Part shown: positions 9,857 to 20,769 of the stretch, in pieces | How the letters are laid out: every line of letters starts with the position of its first letter | How positions within the stretch are numbered: the stretch's first letter is position 1 | Notes under the pieces: generated by a model | What the model saw: only the letters and a program-made list of their open reading frames with translations | Databases searched by the model: none | What the model was told of the DNA's origin: nothing | Source of the DNA: Nitrospirota bacterium | GTDB lineage: Bacteria; Nitrospirota; Thermodesulfovibrionia; Thermodesulfovibrionales; JdFR-88 | DNA: 64,000 bases | Direction of reading: 5' to 3' | Assembly (NCBI GenBank): GCA_021789935.1 | Contig: JAJYIR010000007.1 | Location: 11,050 to 75,049 of the forward strand | Position numbers and translations under genes: made by a program

Positions 9857-10514
9857 CAACCCTATATCCACAACCCCGTATGTGACGTATGCCATTATCG
9901 CGGCCAATTGCCTGGTCTTCATTTATGAGCTTTTTTACCCTGGCGGCCTCGAAAGGTTCGCCCTGAGATATGGCGCCATCCCGGCCAGTCTTACCGGCAT
10001 GGGGTCTTCCCAGCCGGTAAGCCCCTTCGTCTCCGTAGTCACCTCCATGTTCATCCACGGCGGGTTTTTGCATATCGCCGGCAATATGCTTTACCTGGGC
10101 ATCTTTGGCAACAACATAGAGGACAGGCTTGGGCACCTGAGGTTCATCGTCTTTTATCTTCTGTGCGGGATAGCGGCCGCATACTCCTTTGCCTTTACCG
10201 ATCCCGCCTCGATCATGCCGATGATAGGGGCCTCCGGCGCCATATCGGGGATCCTGGGCGCATATATCCTTCTTTTCCCGAGGACGCAGGTCTATACGAT
10301 CATCTTCCTTGGCATCTTTGTCCAGATCATTAAACTCCCGGCCCTCGTGGTGATAGGGTTCTGGGCTTTCATTCAGTTTTTAAACGGATTGTTTGGAAGC
10401 TTGACGCTGCGGAGCTCGGGGATTGCCTGGTTTGCCCACGTGGGCGGGTTCGTCTGCGGGCTTTTTTTAATTAAATTAATGTTGCCAAGGAGAGGAAAAG
10501 CGGGCTCCAGATAG
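9837..10514 (+). CDS. Rhomboid family intramembrane serine protease
   Basis: Typical MIPYKDDNP N-terminus, the GASGAISG catalytic Ser motif, AHVGGF His, and multiple TM segments. TTG start overlapping DUF523 by 20 nt. Confidence 0.88.
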   Translation: MIPYKDDNPISTTPYVTYAIIAANCLVFIYELFYPGGLERFALRYGAIPASLTGMGSSQPVSPFVSVVTSMFIHGGFLHIAGNMLYLGIFGNNIEDRLGHLRFIVFYLLCGIAAAYSFAFTDPASIMPMIGASGAISGILGAYILLFPRTQVYTIIFLGIFVQIIKLPALVVIGFWAFIQFLNGLFGSLTLRSSGIAWFAHVGGFVCGLFLIKLMLPRRGKAGSR

Positions 10515-10535
10515 GGGCGGGAGGTCTTTTATTTC

Positions 10536-11927
10536 TCAGGAAGGCCCTTTCTTTTTTACGCTCTCCTCTATCGATCTGACAATAACGACGCTTAGAACAA
10601 GCCAGGCGAAGCCTGCTGCATAACCGCCAAGAACGTTTGTAAGCCAGTGGGCGTCCCAGTATATCCTGCTTGCGCCAACCAGAAGCGTGAGGACGGCGGC
10701 AAGCGGCACGGCGGCCGCCCTGAAGAGCTTTTTGCTTTTCCTCCCCTTGACGCCCTCTTTTTTCCCGGCCGGGGAACCCTGCCAGCTTATGTAGGCCCAA
10801 AAGCCGAAGATGACCATGCTGCTGAACGCATGGCCGCTAGGGAACCTGAAGGTAAAACCCGGTCTGCGGTGTACGCCTATTTTTAAAAGGAACAAAAGGG
10901 GCTCGCCCCCGGCAACGGCCAGCAGATAGGCATAGATGTCCCACCAGTTTCTCCTCCAAAAGAGGAAAATGGCGAGGGCCGCCGCCGCGGCCATCAATGT
11001 GTAGAAATCCAGAATTGACGATGCAAGGGACATGGCTTTGGCAAAGCCCGGGCTCGCGATGCCGCCTATGAAGGCCGACGCCTTTATGTCCAGACGGTAA
11101 AGGAGACCTTTTTTCGTCTGGCTTTCGATTATCTCGCCAAAAGTATGGAAGGCCAGGAATATGGAAAACAGCGCCGCCGTAAGCCGGAGCCCCCACCACC
11201 TCCCCACATCCAGCCGCGCTTTCAAAAAAACCCATGTCATGGGCATCTGGGCCGAGAGGGTCTTGTCCAGCCAGCCAAGCCTCTCGATAATGAGGTGCTT
11301 TTTCCTGCTTAAAAGCCGCCAGGTAAAATACAGGGCGGCGGCTGTTATCAGAATAAGAAGGCCTGCCTCCCCAAGGTAATGTCTTATCTTCTCCCAGCTG
11401 TCGCCTACCAGATAGCCCACCGTCGAGTACCCTACCGCCCATACCAGACCTCCGGCGGCATTGAAAAAAAGGAATTTCAGGTAGCTCATCTTGGAGGTGC
11501 CGGCCACAAACGGGGACATTGCCCTGAGCCAGGCGGCGAACCGGCCTAAAAAAACGGTCTTCCCGCCATGGCTTTCAAAAAAACGTTCCGTCTCCGAAAT
11601 GTACGCTTTTTTCAAAAATAGCCTGCTGCCGTATTTAGCAATGAGCTTCTGCCCGAATTCCCGGCCTATGACATAGCCTGTCTGGTCACCGAGTATTGCG
11701 CCAAGCGCGGAGATCAAAAAGACAGTTTTAAGGTCCATCACTCCCTTGGAGGCCAGAAGCCCCGAAATAACCACGATGCTTTCCCCCGGAACGATGAAAC
11801 CAAAGAAAAGGGCGGTCTCCAGGAAGGTCATTAAAAAAAGGATGTAGTACCCCCCATGACTGAAATAAGGGGAGATAATTTTCAGTAGGCCCGCCATCTG
11901 ACTATTTCTATACCAGAGATTTACCAT
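10536..11927 (-). CDS. DedA (SNARE-associated) family membrane domain fused to a C-terminal PAP2 phosphatase domain
   Basis: N-terminal half: FLETALFFGFIVPGESIVV...GDQTGYVIGREFG...FLGRFAAWLRAMSPFVAG (DedA). C-terminal half: KIGVHRRP, FPSGHA, SRIYWDAHWLTN (PAP2 motifs C1-C3). The start is uncertain: TTG 11999, ATG 11927 or ATG 11897. Confidence 0.8.
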   Translation of the reverse strand: MVNLWYRNSQMAGLLKIISPYFSHGGYYILFLMTFLETALFFGFIVPGESIVVISGLLASKGVMDLKTVFLISALGAILGDQTGYVIGREFGQKLIAKYGSRLFLKKAYISETERFFESHGGKTVFLGRFAAWLRAMSPFVAGTSKMSYLKFLFFNAAGGLVWAVGYSTVGYLVGDSWEKIRHYLGEAGLLILITAAALYFTWRLLSRKKHLIIERLGWLDKTLSAQMPMTWVFLKARLDVGRWWGLRLTAALFSIFLAFHTFGEIIESQTKKGLLYRLDIKASAFIGGIASPGFAKAMSLASSILDFYTLMAAAAALAIFLFWRRNWWDIYAYLLAVAGGEPLLFLLKIGVHRRPGFTFRFPSGHAFSSMVIFGFWAYISWQGSPAGKKEGVKGRKSKKLFRAAAVPLAAVLTLLVGASRIYWDAHWLTNVLGGYAAGFAWLVLSVVIVRSIEESVKKKGPS

Positions 11928-12048
11928 GGTTGTCAAAAAATATTCACCCTCGACGGGCTTCGGAAGAGATTTTCTTTGATAATAGTAAAGAAACAGCAAA
12001 AAAATGGATTATTTCCCGTTAAACTCCAAAAACGGCTGTTTTTATCTC

Positions 12049-12077
12049 TTGCCTGAACCCCTATATTGTTATATATT
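12049..12077 (+). promoter_or_regulatory. sigma-70-type promoter of groESL
   Basis: TTGCCT (12049-12054), 17 nt, TATATT (12072-12077), immediately followed by CIRCE. Confidence 0.6.
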
Positions 12078-12079
12078 TT

Positions 12080-12106
12080 TTAGCACTCACTAAATATGAG
12101 TGCTAA
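12080..12106 (+). promoter_or_regulatory. CIRCE operator (HrcA binding site)
   Basis: Perfect TTAGCACTC-N9-GAGTGCTAA, located 56 nt upstream of groES. Confidence 0.95.
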
Positions 12107-12161
12107 CAAGGAATGAAGGTGTTGATTTTTTTAAAACAACCAGGAAAGGAGAGAAAAACGC

Positions 12162-12425
12162 ATGAAATTCAAGCCTTTGAAGGACAGGGTGTTCGTAAGC
12201 TATGCCGAGGAGGAGGAAAAGACCAAGGGCGGCCTCTATGTGCCTGACACGGCGAAGGAGAAGCCGCAGAAGGGCAAGGTCGAGGCGGTAGGGTCCGAGG
12301 TGAAGGAGATAAAGGTAGGGGATTCGGTGCTCTTTGACAAGTATTCGGGTTCCAAGGTGAAGATGGACGACAAGGAGTATCTCATCATCAAGGAAGAGGA
12401 CGTGCTCGGAATAGTCGAGGGGTAA
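12162..12425 (+). CDS. groES: Co-chaperonin GroES
   Basis: [12 protein letters not shown]...[22 protein letters not shown]. It lies upstream of groEL. Confidence 0.97.
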   Translation: MKFKPLKDRVFVSYAEEEEKTKGGLYVPDTAKEKPQKGKVEAVGSEVKEIKVGDSVLFDKYSGSKVKMDDKEYLIIKEEDVLGIVEG

Positions 12426-12482
12426 GGTTGCGGGAAAGCAAAAGCAAAAAGCAAAAAATAAAAAAGAAGATTTAAAACATAA

Positions 12483-14135
<1,653 letters not shown>

Positions 14136-14177
14136 GAAAGACCTCGCTGGCGGCAAGTATCAAGCCGCAAGGCACAA

Positions 14178-14222
14178 GGGAAAGGGGAGAGGCCGGCAAG
14201 GCCACTCCCCTTTCCCTTTTTA
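14178..14222 (+). terminator. Rho-independent terminator of groESL
   Basis: GGGAAAGGGGAG ... CTCCCCTTTCCC (12-bp stem) followed by TTTTT. Confidence 0.8.
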
Positions 14223-14306
14223 TCGAAAGCCGATAATCGAAAACTGCCGCGGCAGATAAAAGGCTTTCCCCATTTATGTTAAATTCCTATATTCAGCGGA
14301 CGGCAA

Positions 14307-15392
14307 ATGAAAAAGATACTCGTTGCGGATGACAGTTCAGTTTTTTGCACTTTAATTCATGCACAGTTGACAGATGTCGGCTACAAGGTCAGGACTGCCA
14401 TGGATGGCGCTTCTGCTGTTTCCAATGCCATCAGGTTTCAGCCCGATCTGATTTTGCTTGATATTGAGATGCCCGATGTCAGCGGCATCGAGGCGTTGAG
14501 CAAAATACGCGATTACGAGAGCATGAAGCGCACTCCCATTATCATGATCTCGTCCCACAGAGAAAAAGACACGGTTTTACGTGCGATCAAGAAGGGAGCC
14601 AATGATTATATTGTAAAGCCCTTCCATGTGGGCGTGCTCCTTGCCAAAGTTTCAGGCTGGATAAATGCAACGCTTGATGAACAATGGAAATTTTTGCCCT
14701 CCCGGCAACAATCCGCCCTGCACCTTCTGAAAGAGGCCATGGATGCCGCTTTTGACTCCGCCACGAAAGGCGGGGGATTGTCCTATCAAAGGCTGAAAAA
14801 TGCCTGCCAAGCCGTGGTAAAAACAATAGGGGAGGATGGTTTCGGCGGGGTCCTCAGATCGGTGGAAGACTACAACAACACGCTGCTTCTGCATTCTCTG
14901 GTAGTGTCCGCATATATGTATCTGTTCTCCGTTTTCAAGAATTTTAACGAGGAGGAATGTTTGTTAAATGCTCTGGGCGGGCTGCTGCACGATATAGGAA
15001 GCACAAAGATACCGGATGAGATACTGTTTAAGCCGGCGAAACTCGATTCCGGAGAATTTGATAAGGTGAAGATGCATGTGACATACGGAATGGACATCTT
15101 GAAAAACACCGAGGCCGTTGACCAGACGGTAAAGGACATATGCTGGGGCCATCACGAAAAAATGGATGGCACCGGGTATCCCAGGGGCATTAAAGCGGAG
15201 GAAATATCTGTCAGCAGCCGCATGACCGCCATAATTGAGGCGTATGCAACGCTTACGATAAAAGATGTTTGCGGCAATGTGCATGAGAAAAAAGACGCCT
15301 TGCTCAGGCTAAGGACACCTGAGGGGCATCTGGACCTGCAAATATTAAAAGAATTTGAAGATGCCGTACTGCGCGGCTTTCATCGCACCTAG
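14307..15392 (+). CDS. Response regulator receiver domain fused to HD-GYP domain (c-di-GMP phosphodiesterase type)
   Basis: REC: KILVADD...DLILLDIEMPD...K. HD-GYP: LLHDIGSTKIP, HHEKMDGTGYPRG. Confidence 0.88.
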   Translation: MKKILVADDSSVFCTLIHAQLTDVGYKVRTAMDGASAVSNAIRFQPDLILLDIEMPDVSGIEALSKIRDYESMKRTPIIMISSHREKDTVLRAIKKGANDYIVKPFHVGVLLAKVSGWINATLDEQWKFLPSRQQSALHLLKEAMDAAFDSATKGGGLSYQRLKNACQAVVKTIGEDGFGGVLRSVEDYNNTLLLHSLVVSAYMYLFSVFKNFNEEECLLNALGGLLHDIGSTKIPDEILFKPAKLDSGEFDKVKMHVTYGMDILKNTEAVDQTVKDICWGHHEKMDGTGYPRGIKAEEISVSSRMTAIIEAYATLTIKDVCGNVHEKKDALLRLRTPEGHLDLQILKEFEDAVLRGFHRT

Positions 15393-15586
15393 TGTAGTGC
15401 GGCCTAAATCTCTTTACTCATGTTTTTTTATCATTCCAACTTGTCTGGAATCTTTCCGGAAGGGATTGCGCCCGTTTTTTTATTTATTAGATAAAATTCT
15501 GGCCGCAATGACGGATATTTAAGCCCTTTTGCCGGGATTTTGCCATTCCCGCATTTATGTAAAGAAGCGTTGATCGCACTACACCA
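15390..15586 (+). mobile_element. MITE-like repeat, divergent copy B
   Basis: Ends TAGTGTAGTGCG ... CGCACTACACCA (11/12 inverted repeat). Sub-terminal blocks are shared with copies A and C (CTAAAT..CTTTAC at the 5' end; ATGTAAAGAAG.GTT at the 3' end). The first 3 nt are the TAG stop of the HD-GYP gene. Confidence 0.55.
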
Positions 15587-15602
15587 GCCTTTTTTCCGTT
15601 CC

Positions 15603-15633
15603 ATAAAGAAGGGGCTTCGGATGAAGCCCCTTC
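15603..15633 (-). terminator. Rho-independent terminator candidate downstream of htrA
   Basis: GAAGGGGCTTC-GGAT-GAAGCCCCTTC (11-bp stem), followed on the minus strand by TTTAT. Confidence 0.6.
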
Positions 15634-15653
15634 TTCCCTTATATGTCCACTTT

Positions 15654-17111
15654 CTACTGCATGGAAACCGGCACATAGAAGACCGTGCCGTGTCTCCACA
15701 CGAGAAGAAGCACGCTTTGGCCCTTTCTTATCTTGCCTGCCTCGCTGAGATAGTCCTTCACGTTTTTGATCTTGACGTGGTCTATCTCCATTATGACGTC
15801 TCCGGCAGAAAGCACGCCATTGGCGGGGCTTTCCTCCGCCACCCTGCTGACAACCACTCCCTTGACTCTTGCGGGGAGGCTGAGCTCGTTTCTCAGCGAG
15901 GGCGTGATGTCCTGCACGTCGACCCCGCTCAGCGCGTTTTGGAGGGCCGGTGTTTCGGCCTTGGCCGTTTCTCTTGGCTGCTCCAGTATCTTTACGGTAA
16001 GCGTGACCTGCTTGCCTGCCCTTATCACCGTTATGGGCACCGCGGCGCCGGGGGCGGTATTGGCAACCATGTTCCTGAGGTGGTTGGGATCGGTGACTTT
16101 CTTGCCGTTATACTTCACTATGAAGTCGCCGCGCTCCATGCCGGCCTTCTGGGCAGGGCTGCCCTCGACAAAATCAGAGACCAGGGCGCCTTGCTTGCTT
16201 TTGAGTCCGAACTGCTTCTGAAGCTCGGTGTTCACGGGCTGTATCCAGACCCCAAGCCATCCGCGTATGACACGGCCTGTCTTTATAAGTTCGTTCATGA
16301 CCACCTTGGCCATGTCGCTCGGGATTGCGAAGCCTATTCCTTCATACCCGCCCGTGGTGCTGAAAATGGCTGTGTTGATGCCCACCAGTTCACCCTTGGC
16401 GTTGACAAGGGCCCCCCCGGAGTTGCCAGGGTTTATGGCAGCGTCGGTCTGGATGAAGTCCTCATAAGCGGCTATGCCCACGTTTGCCCTGCCCACTGCG
16501 CTCACTATGCCGGAGGTCACGGTTTGTGTGAGGCCGAACGGGCTGCCTATGGCAAGTACGGTGTCACCCGCCCTTAGCTTGTCCGAGTCTCCCCATCTTA
16601 TCGCGGGCAGCCCGGTGGCTTGTATCTTGACCACGGCCAGGTCCGTCTTGGCATCCGAGCCGATGACCTTGCCCTTGTACGTGTTCTGGTTGATGGTGAC
16701 GGTTATCTTCTGTGCGCCTTTCACGACATGGTTATTGGTGAGTATTATGCCGTTAGGGTCCACAATGACGCCGGAGCCCAGGCTCATCTGCTTTTGCTCC
16801 CGGGGCTGCTGGAGCTGATTGCCAAAAAATTGCTTGAAAAAAGGATCATTGAAAAAAGGGTTCTGAAACCCCTTCGTCTTGACTACGCTCACGGTGGATA
16901 TGTTCACTATCGAGGGTTTAACAGCCGCCGCCAGATCCGCCATGGCGTCGCTTACCTGGGTCAGGGTTTGCACCGCCTTGTCCGGCACCTTGTATTCCTG
17001 ACTGTATCCGTTCGTGTTGATGCCAAGCGTGGAAGATAAAACTAGACCCGCAATCAGACCCATGATGATCAAACTGGTGGCTGCAATAATATATTTCGTC
17101 TTGGATTTCAC
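15654..17111 (-). CDS. HtrA/DegP/DegQ family periplasmic serine protease with two PDZ domains
   Basis: N-terminal TM/signal sequence, TNNHVV (His), GNSGGALV (Ser), and two PDZ-like C-terminal repeats. Confidence 0.93.
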   Translation of the reverse strand: MKSKTKYIIAATSLIIMGLIAGLVLSSTLGINTNGYSQEYKVPDKAVQTLTQVSDAMADLAAAVKPSIVNISTVSVVKTKGFQNPFFNDPFFKQFFGNQLQQPREQKQMSLGSGVIVDPNGIILTNNHVVKGAQKITVTINQNTYKGKVIGSDAKTDLAVVKIQATGLPAIRWGDSDKLRAGDTVLAIGSPFGLTQTVTSGIVSAVGRANVGIAAYEDFIQTDAAINPGNSGGALVNAKGELVGINTAIFSTTGGYEGIGFAIPSDMAKVVMNELIKTGRVIRGWLGVWIQPVNTELQKQFGLKSKQGALVSDFVEGSPAQKAGMERGDFIVKYNGKKVTDPNHLRNMVANTAPGAAVPITVIRAGKQVTLTVKILEQPRETAKAETPALQNALSGVDVQDITPSLRNELSLPARVKGVVVSRVAEESPANGVLSAGDVIMEIDHVKIKNVKDYLSEAGKIRKGQSVLLLVWRHGTVFYVPVSMQ

Positions 17112-17217
17112 CGCTGATGCCCTCCTAGTTTTTTAAGGATTTTGATTTTTTCCAGATTGATGATTTTTTTCTGTGACCAGTTAATCTTATCAAAGGTAAA
17201 ACATAAATATGAATATT

Positions 17218-18318
17218 CTATGAAGAGACGTAGTCGTTCACCCTATCAGGGTCAAAAGCCGGGGAACCGAGCACCCCGTGGATGAACCGGAAGATGAGGC
17301 CGCGCCCCTCATTTCCAAGCCGGGGATAGAACGCCGGGTTTGCGACCACCACCGCCCTGAAGGCGAAAAAAGGCGCAACCACGCCTAAAACGGCCTCGTC
17401 CCCGGTAAGCCTGATGTATTTTTTAAAAAACATTTTCAGCCCCTCAAGACAGGCCCCCTGCACCTTCCCGTGCCGCTGGACGGAATAGAAAATAAAATTT
17501 ATCGCCAGGGCGGCAAGGTCGTCGGCGGCCTCGCCCCAGGGACCGCGGCTCCTGTCCAGAAGCGTAAGCTCAAGGCGGTTTTTTCCCCTTTTGGGCTTAT
17601 CCCGGGCGGGCCGCTCGTGGAACCAGATGTTGCCGGGGTGGAAGTCCCCGTGGATGCGGCAGAGCCTCCGGTAAAAAAGCCCGCCCTTAAGCCTGGCTCG
17701 CCAGTCTATGCATTTTTTCTCTATTTCGGCCATTTGGACATGCGTTATCACGCCCCTGGGGTAGGCATCGAATACCCCCATCAGACATTCTCCGTGCCCT
17801 ATGATGTCCCGAAGCTTCCTCAGGTAGAGGGCCCTTGAGGTCTTCCTGAGCGAATGGACCTCCGTCAGATAGGAGGCCATGCGGTTTATTTTTAAACGGT
17901 CGCCGGGCCCCAGGGCTTCCATTCCCACAAGCCGCTCCAGGTCCTCAAAATAGCTTTGCCCGGCAGCCTTCTTCATAAGCAGGTAGTATTCCTTTCCTCC
18001 GCCTATGGACTGAAGTGACCCTCCTGGCCTCAGGCCAACGACGTCCAGGGCCTCTATATGGTTTGGAAGGGAGTTATAGGAGTCCAGCGCCAGAAGGAAC
18101 AGGCCTGCCCGGTCGGAAGGATAGTCGTGCCCCAGCCCGGAGGGCCTTACGGATTTTATGACGAACTCCTCCGTGCCCCGGACGCCTCTCGCACGGATAA
18201 GCCAGCCCTCGCCATGCACCCCCCTGCCAAGGGGTCTCATTTCAAGGACCTCTTCCATTCCGAAGGCCTTTAGGTATGTTTGAAGGGCGCTTCGTTTTAT
18301 TTTTTGGGCCCTCTCCAT
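17218..18318 (-). CDS. Phosphotransferase (APH/choline kinase-like) family protein
   Basis: The HGDFHPGNIWF catalytic loop followed by LLDRS, plus a kinase-like N-lobe (FVIKSVRP). Confidence 0.65.
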   Translation of the reverse strand: MERAQKIKRSALQTYLKAFGMEEVLEMRPLGRGVHGEGWLIRARGVRGTEEFVIKSVRPSGLGHDYPSDRAGLFLLALDSYNSLPNHIEALDVVGLRPGGSLQSIGGGKEYYLLMKKAAGQSYFEDLERLVGMEALGPGDRLKINRMASYLTEVHSLRKTSRALYLRKLRDIIGHGECLMGVFDAYPRGVITHVQMAEIEKKCIDWRARLKGGLFYRRLCRIHGDFHPGNIWFHERPARDKPKRGKNRLELTLLDRSRGPWGEAADDLAALAINFIFYSVQRHGKVQGACLEGLKMFFKKYIRLTGDEAVLGVVAPFFAFRAVVVANPAFYPRLGNEGRGLIFRFIHGVLGSPAFDPDRVNDYVSS

Positions 18319-18401
18319 ACCCCATTATACAGAGACCGGAGGCAGGAGACGAGAAAAAAATAAAAATACGCTGACGGGGATTTTTTGATTTTTATTCCGG
18401 C

Positions 18402-18833
18402 TCAGGCGCCGGCTATGTAATCCTTCAGATGGTGTATCTCTGCCTTGAGCTTCCCGATGTGCGCCTGAATGACATCCCTTGCCGAAAGCATCCCAATCAG
18501 GACGCCATCATCGGTTACCGGCAGGTGCCTTATGTTCTCCTGGATCATGACCGCCATTGTCGTGTGCAGGTCCTCGGCCGCTTCGGCCACTATGAGGTCC
18601 CGCGTCATTGCCTGCCTCAGGCTGATGCCCCGAAAGCTCCTTCCCCCGGAAGCCACATAGCATTTGATCACATCCCTCTCCGTAAATATTCCAACCGGGG
18701 TGCCCTCCTCGGTCACAACAAGGGAGCTTATCTTCCTGGCGTTCATGGATTTTACAGCGTCGTCCACCGATGCGCTGACATCCATCGAAATGATCCCCTG
18801 CCCTTTTGATTTCAGAAGGTCCCGAACTTTCAT
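18402..18833 (-). CDS. CBS domain pair protein
   Basis: Two CBS repeats (SSLVVTEEGTPVGIFTERDV; RHLPVTDDGVLIGMLSARDV). ATG 18833 is preceded by GGAGGGAAAG. Confidence 0.85.
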   Translation of the reverse strand: MKVRDLLKSKGQGIISMDVSASVDDAVKSMNARKISSLVVTEEGTPVGIFTERDVIKCYVASGGRSFRGISLRQAMTRDLIVAEAAEDLHTTMAVMIQENIRHLPVTDDGVLIGMLSARDVIQAHIGKLKAEIHHLKDYIAGA

Positions 18834-19113
18834 ACTTTCCCTCCGTACAGAAATCTGGATCAAAAAATCACAAAAAGACAGCCAGCCCTTCCTCAGGAAC
18901 GGTGTCCCAATCGTATATTAATCTACACGCCGGGCGGAACCAGAATCAAGTCAAATTTATTAATGGTCCCATTTTGCCCTCCGGTAGCCCTTTGTCGCGC
19001 CGTTCATCTATAATAAAGAAAGCTGAAAAGCGGAAGAAGCAGAAAAGCAAAGAACTCAAAAAGCTGGAAGCAAAAGGCAATAAATATTTTTTGCCGTATG
19101 TGCAGGACTGGAA

Positions 19114-19821
19114 ATGAAAACGCCCTCCTTGTATTTCACCCCGTTTGAATCTCTGAAGGATTTCAAGATCACCCCCAAGGGCGAAAAACGCGACGAGGGG
19201 GGGAAGAGGAAAGGCCTGCCGGTTTGCGATAAGCCGTTGCTGGAAAAGGAAAAAACGGAGCGTGAGATCTTCCTGGAGGCCATGGCCGGCGTAAGGGAGA
19301 TAAAGGAGTTCAGCGGGGCAATCACCGGCGGCGGTGCGCCAGGGCGGAAGCTGCCACAGGGGCCGCGGGAGCGCAGGGAGGATTGCAGCGGGGACCCAGT
19401 GGCTTTCCCTAGGGAACTCGTATCCGGCAAAAAGAAGATTGTTTTGGAGCAAACAGGCGAATATATGGAATGGACCAGCCCGGGCGCGGGCCCTGACATT
19501 GCCAGGCGTCTGCACAGGGGAGAGTTTGCCGTGAGGGAATATATCGACCTTCACGGTATGAGCAGGGAGGAAGCTCTGGATGCCCTGCACATATTTTTCA
19601 GGGAGGCCGTCAGAAAAAAAGCCTCTTGTGTAAAGGTGATCCACGGCAGAGGGCTCCGTTCGCCTGGCGGGCCGGTGCTTAAGCAGGAGCTGAGCAAATG
19701 GCTGCAGGGGCCGTTCCGGAAAAACATCCTGGCATACGCCTCGGCCAGGGCTTGTGACGGAGGCCTCGGGGCAACTTATGTGGTACTGAGGCAGACAGGC
19801 GGTACGAAACGCTTTACCTGA
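19114..19821 (+). CDS. Smr domain protein (SmrB/MutS2 C-terminal type)
   Basis: IDLHGMSREEALDALHIFFREA...VKVIHGRGLRSPGGPVLK. Confidence 0.8.
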   Translation: MKTPSLYFTPFESLKDFKITPKGEKRDEGGKRKGLPVCDKPLLEKEKTEREIFLEAMAGVREIKEFSGAITGGGAPGRKLPQGPRERREDCSGDPVAFPRELVSGKKKIVLEQTGEYMEWTSPGAGPDIARRLHRGEFAVREYIDLHGMSREEALDALHIFFREAVRKKASCVKVIHGRGLRSPGGPVLKQELSKWLQGPFRKNILAYASARACDGGLGATYVVLRQTGGTKRFT

Positions 19822-19958
19822 CAGGATGAATAATCATGAGCGCCCGGCTGAAGCGGCCATTTCCAGGCGGGGAAAAGCGTTCCTTCTCATCCACCTTTTA
19901 CCCGCCTATTGAAAAAAATTCGCAGCCGGCCGGAAAAAGCGAGGCGGGAAGCGGTTTT

Positions 19959-20585
19959 TTAAACGGATTCCCCCGCCTCCGGGGCCGGATGCTGCTGATC
20001 GTGATTATTGTTCACAACGAAGTGAGTGTGGACGCTTGGGCGCATGAAATGTTTTTTGGTGTAGTAGGAAAGGAGGCTCCGTACGAGTTTTTCCGGGTCC
20101 TCATCATGAAAAACCTTTGAGCCCGTCTTCTTTTTTATGACCCTCAGAATATATTTGATCTCCGAGGTTATGCCGCCTGTGCCAAGCACCACCCCAATAA
20201 GCTTGCCCTCGTCATAGGCTATTGAGAACTCCCCAAGGGTGCCCGACCGGCCGCCGATTATCACCACAATGTCGGAGGTCCTTATATTCACCACCTCGCG
20301 TCCCATAAGCCCGCTTCCCGTATATATGAGAAGGTCGTGGTGCTCTACCGGCGAGTTGTACCGGTGCACATGCTCCCATTCGCTTAATGCCGGGGAGATG
20401 CCAACCACCATCCCGCCCGCATCCTTTGCCCCCCTGGCCGCATCAAGGGGCAGGCCGGGGCAGGCCCCGGTGATGGTTATGCAGCCGTTTTGCGCGATTG
20501 AGCGGCCAAGCCTGTAGGCGATATCCAGATACTTCGCGGATATGTCTCCGGAAGCCGAACCCATTACCCCGATCTTCATTTGCAT
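19959..20585 (-). CDS. LOG/SLOG-superfamily protein (TIGR00725-like)
   Basis: MKIGVMGSASG...GGMVVGISP...VVIIGGRSGTLGEFSIA (PGGxGTxxE-like motif). Confidence 0.6.
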   Translation of the reverse strand: MQMKIGVMGSASGDISAKYLDIAYRLGRSIAQNGCITITGACPGLPLDAARGAKDAGGMVVGISPALSEWEHVHRYNSPVEHHDLLIYTGSGLMGREVVNIRTSDIVVIIGGRSGTLGEFSIAYDEGKLIGVVLGTGGITSEIKYILRVIKKKTGSKVFHDEDPEKLVRSLLSYYTKKHFMRPSVHTHFVVNNNHDQQHPAPEAGESV

Positions 20586-20695
20586 GGAAAAAATCTCCCC
20601 GGTTTTTTTCTTTTTATTAAAAAAAGTTTTTCGTTCCCTATGATATCTTATTGCGTTCCCGTTTTGGAATGCACACGGCGGCTTTGAAAACAGGG

Positions 20696-20740
20696 GAAGG
20701 CCCGCCTGCGGAAAAGGGAACCCCCCCGCGGCGGGCCTTC
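20696..20740 (-). terminator. Terminator-like hairpin downstream of pal
   Basis: GAAGGCCCGCC ... GGCGGGCCTTC (11-bp stem). The minus-strand trailing sequence is CCCTGTTTTC. Confidence 0.45.
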
Positions 20741-20769
20741 AATCAGAGACCGGAACGGTTTTCCAGTTC

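Noticed and set aside
10434-10445. GCCCACGTGGGC palindrome as a second parS
   Set aside because: It shares only the central CACGTG and lacks the GTT/AAC arms that define parS. It also lies inside the rhomboid coding sequence (AHVGG motif).
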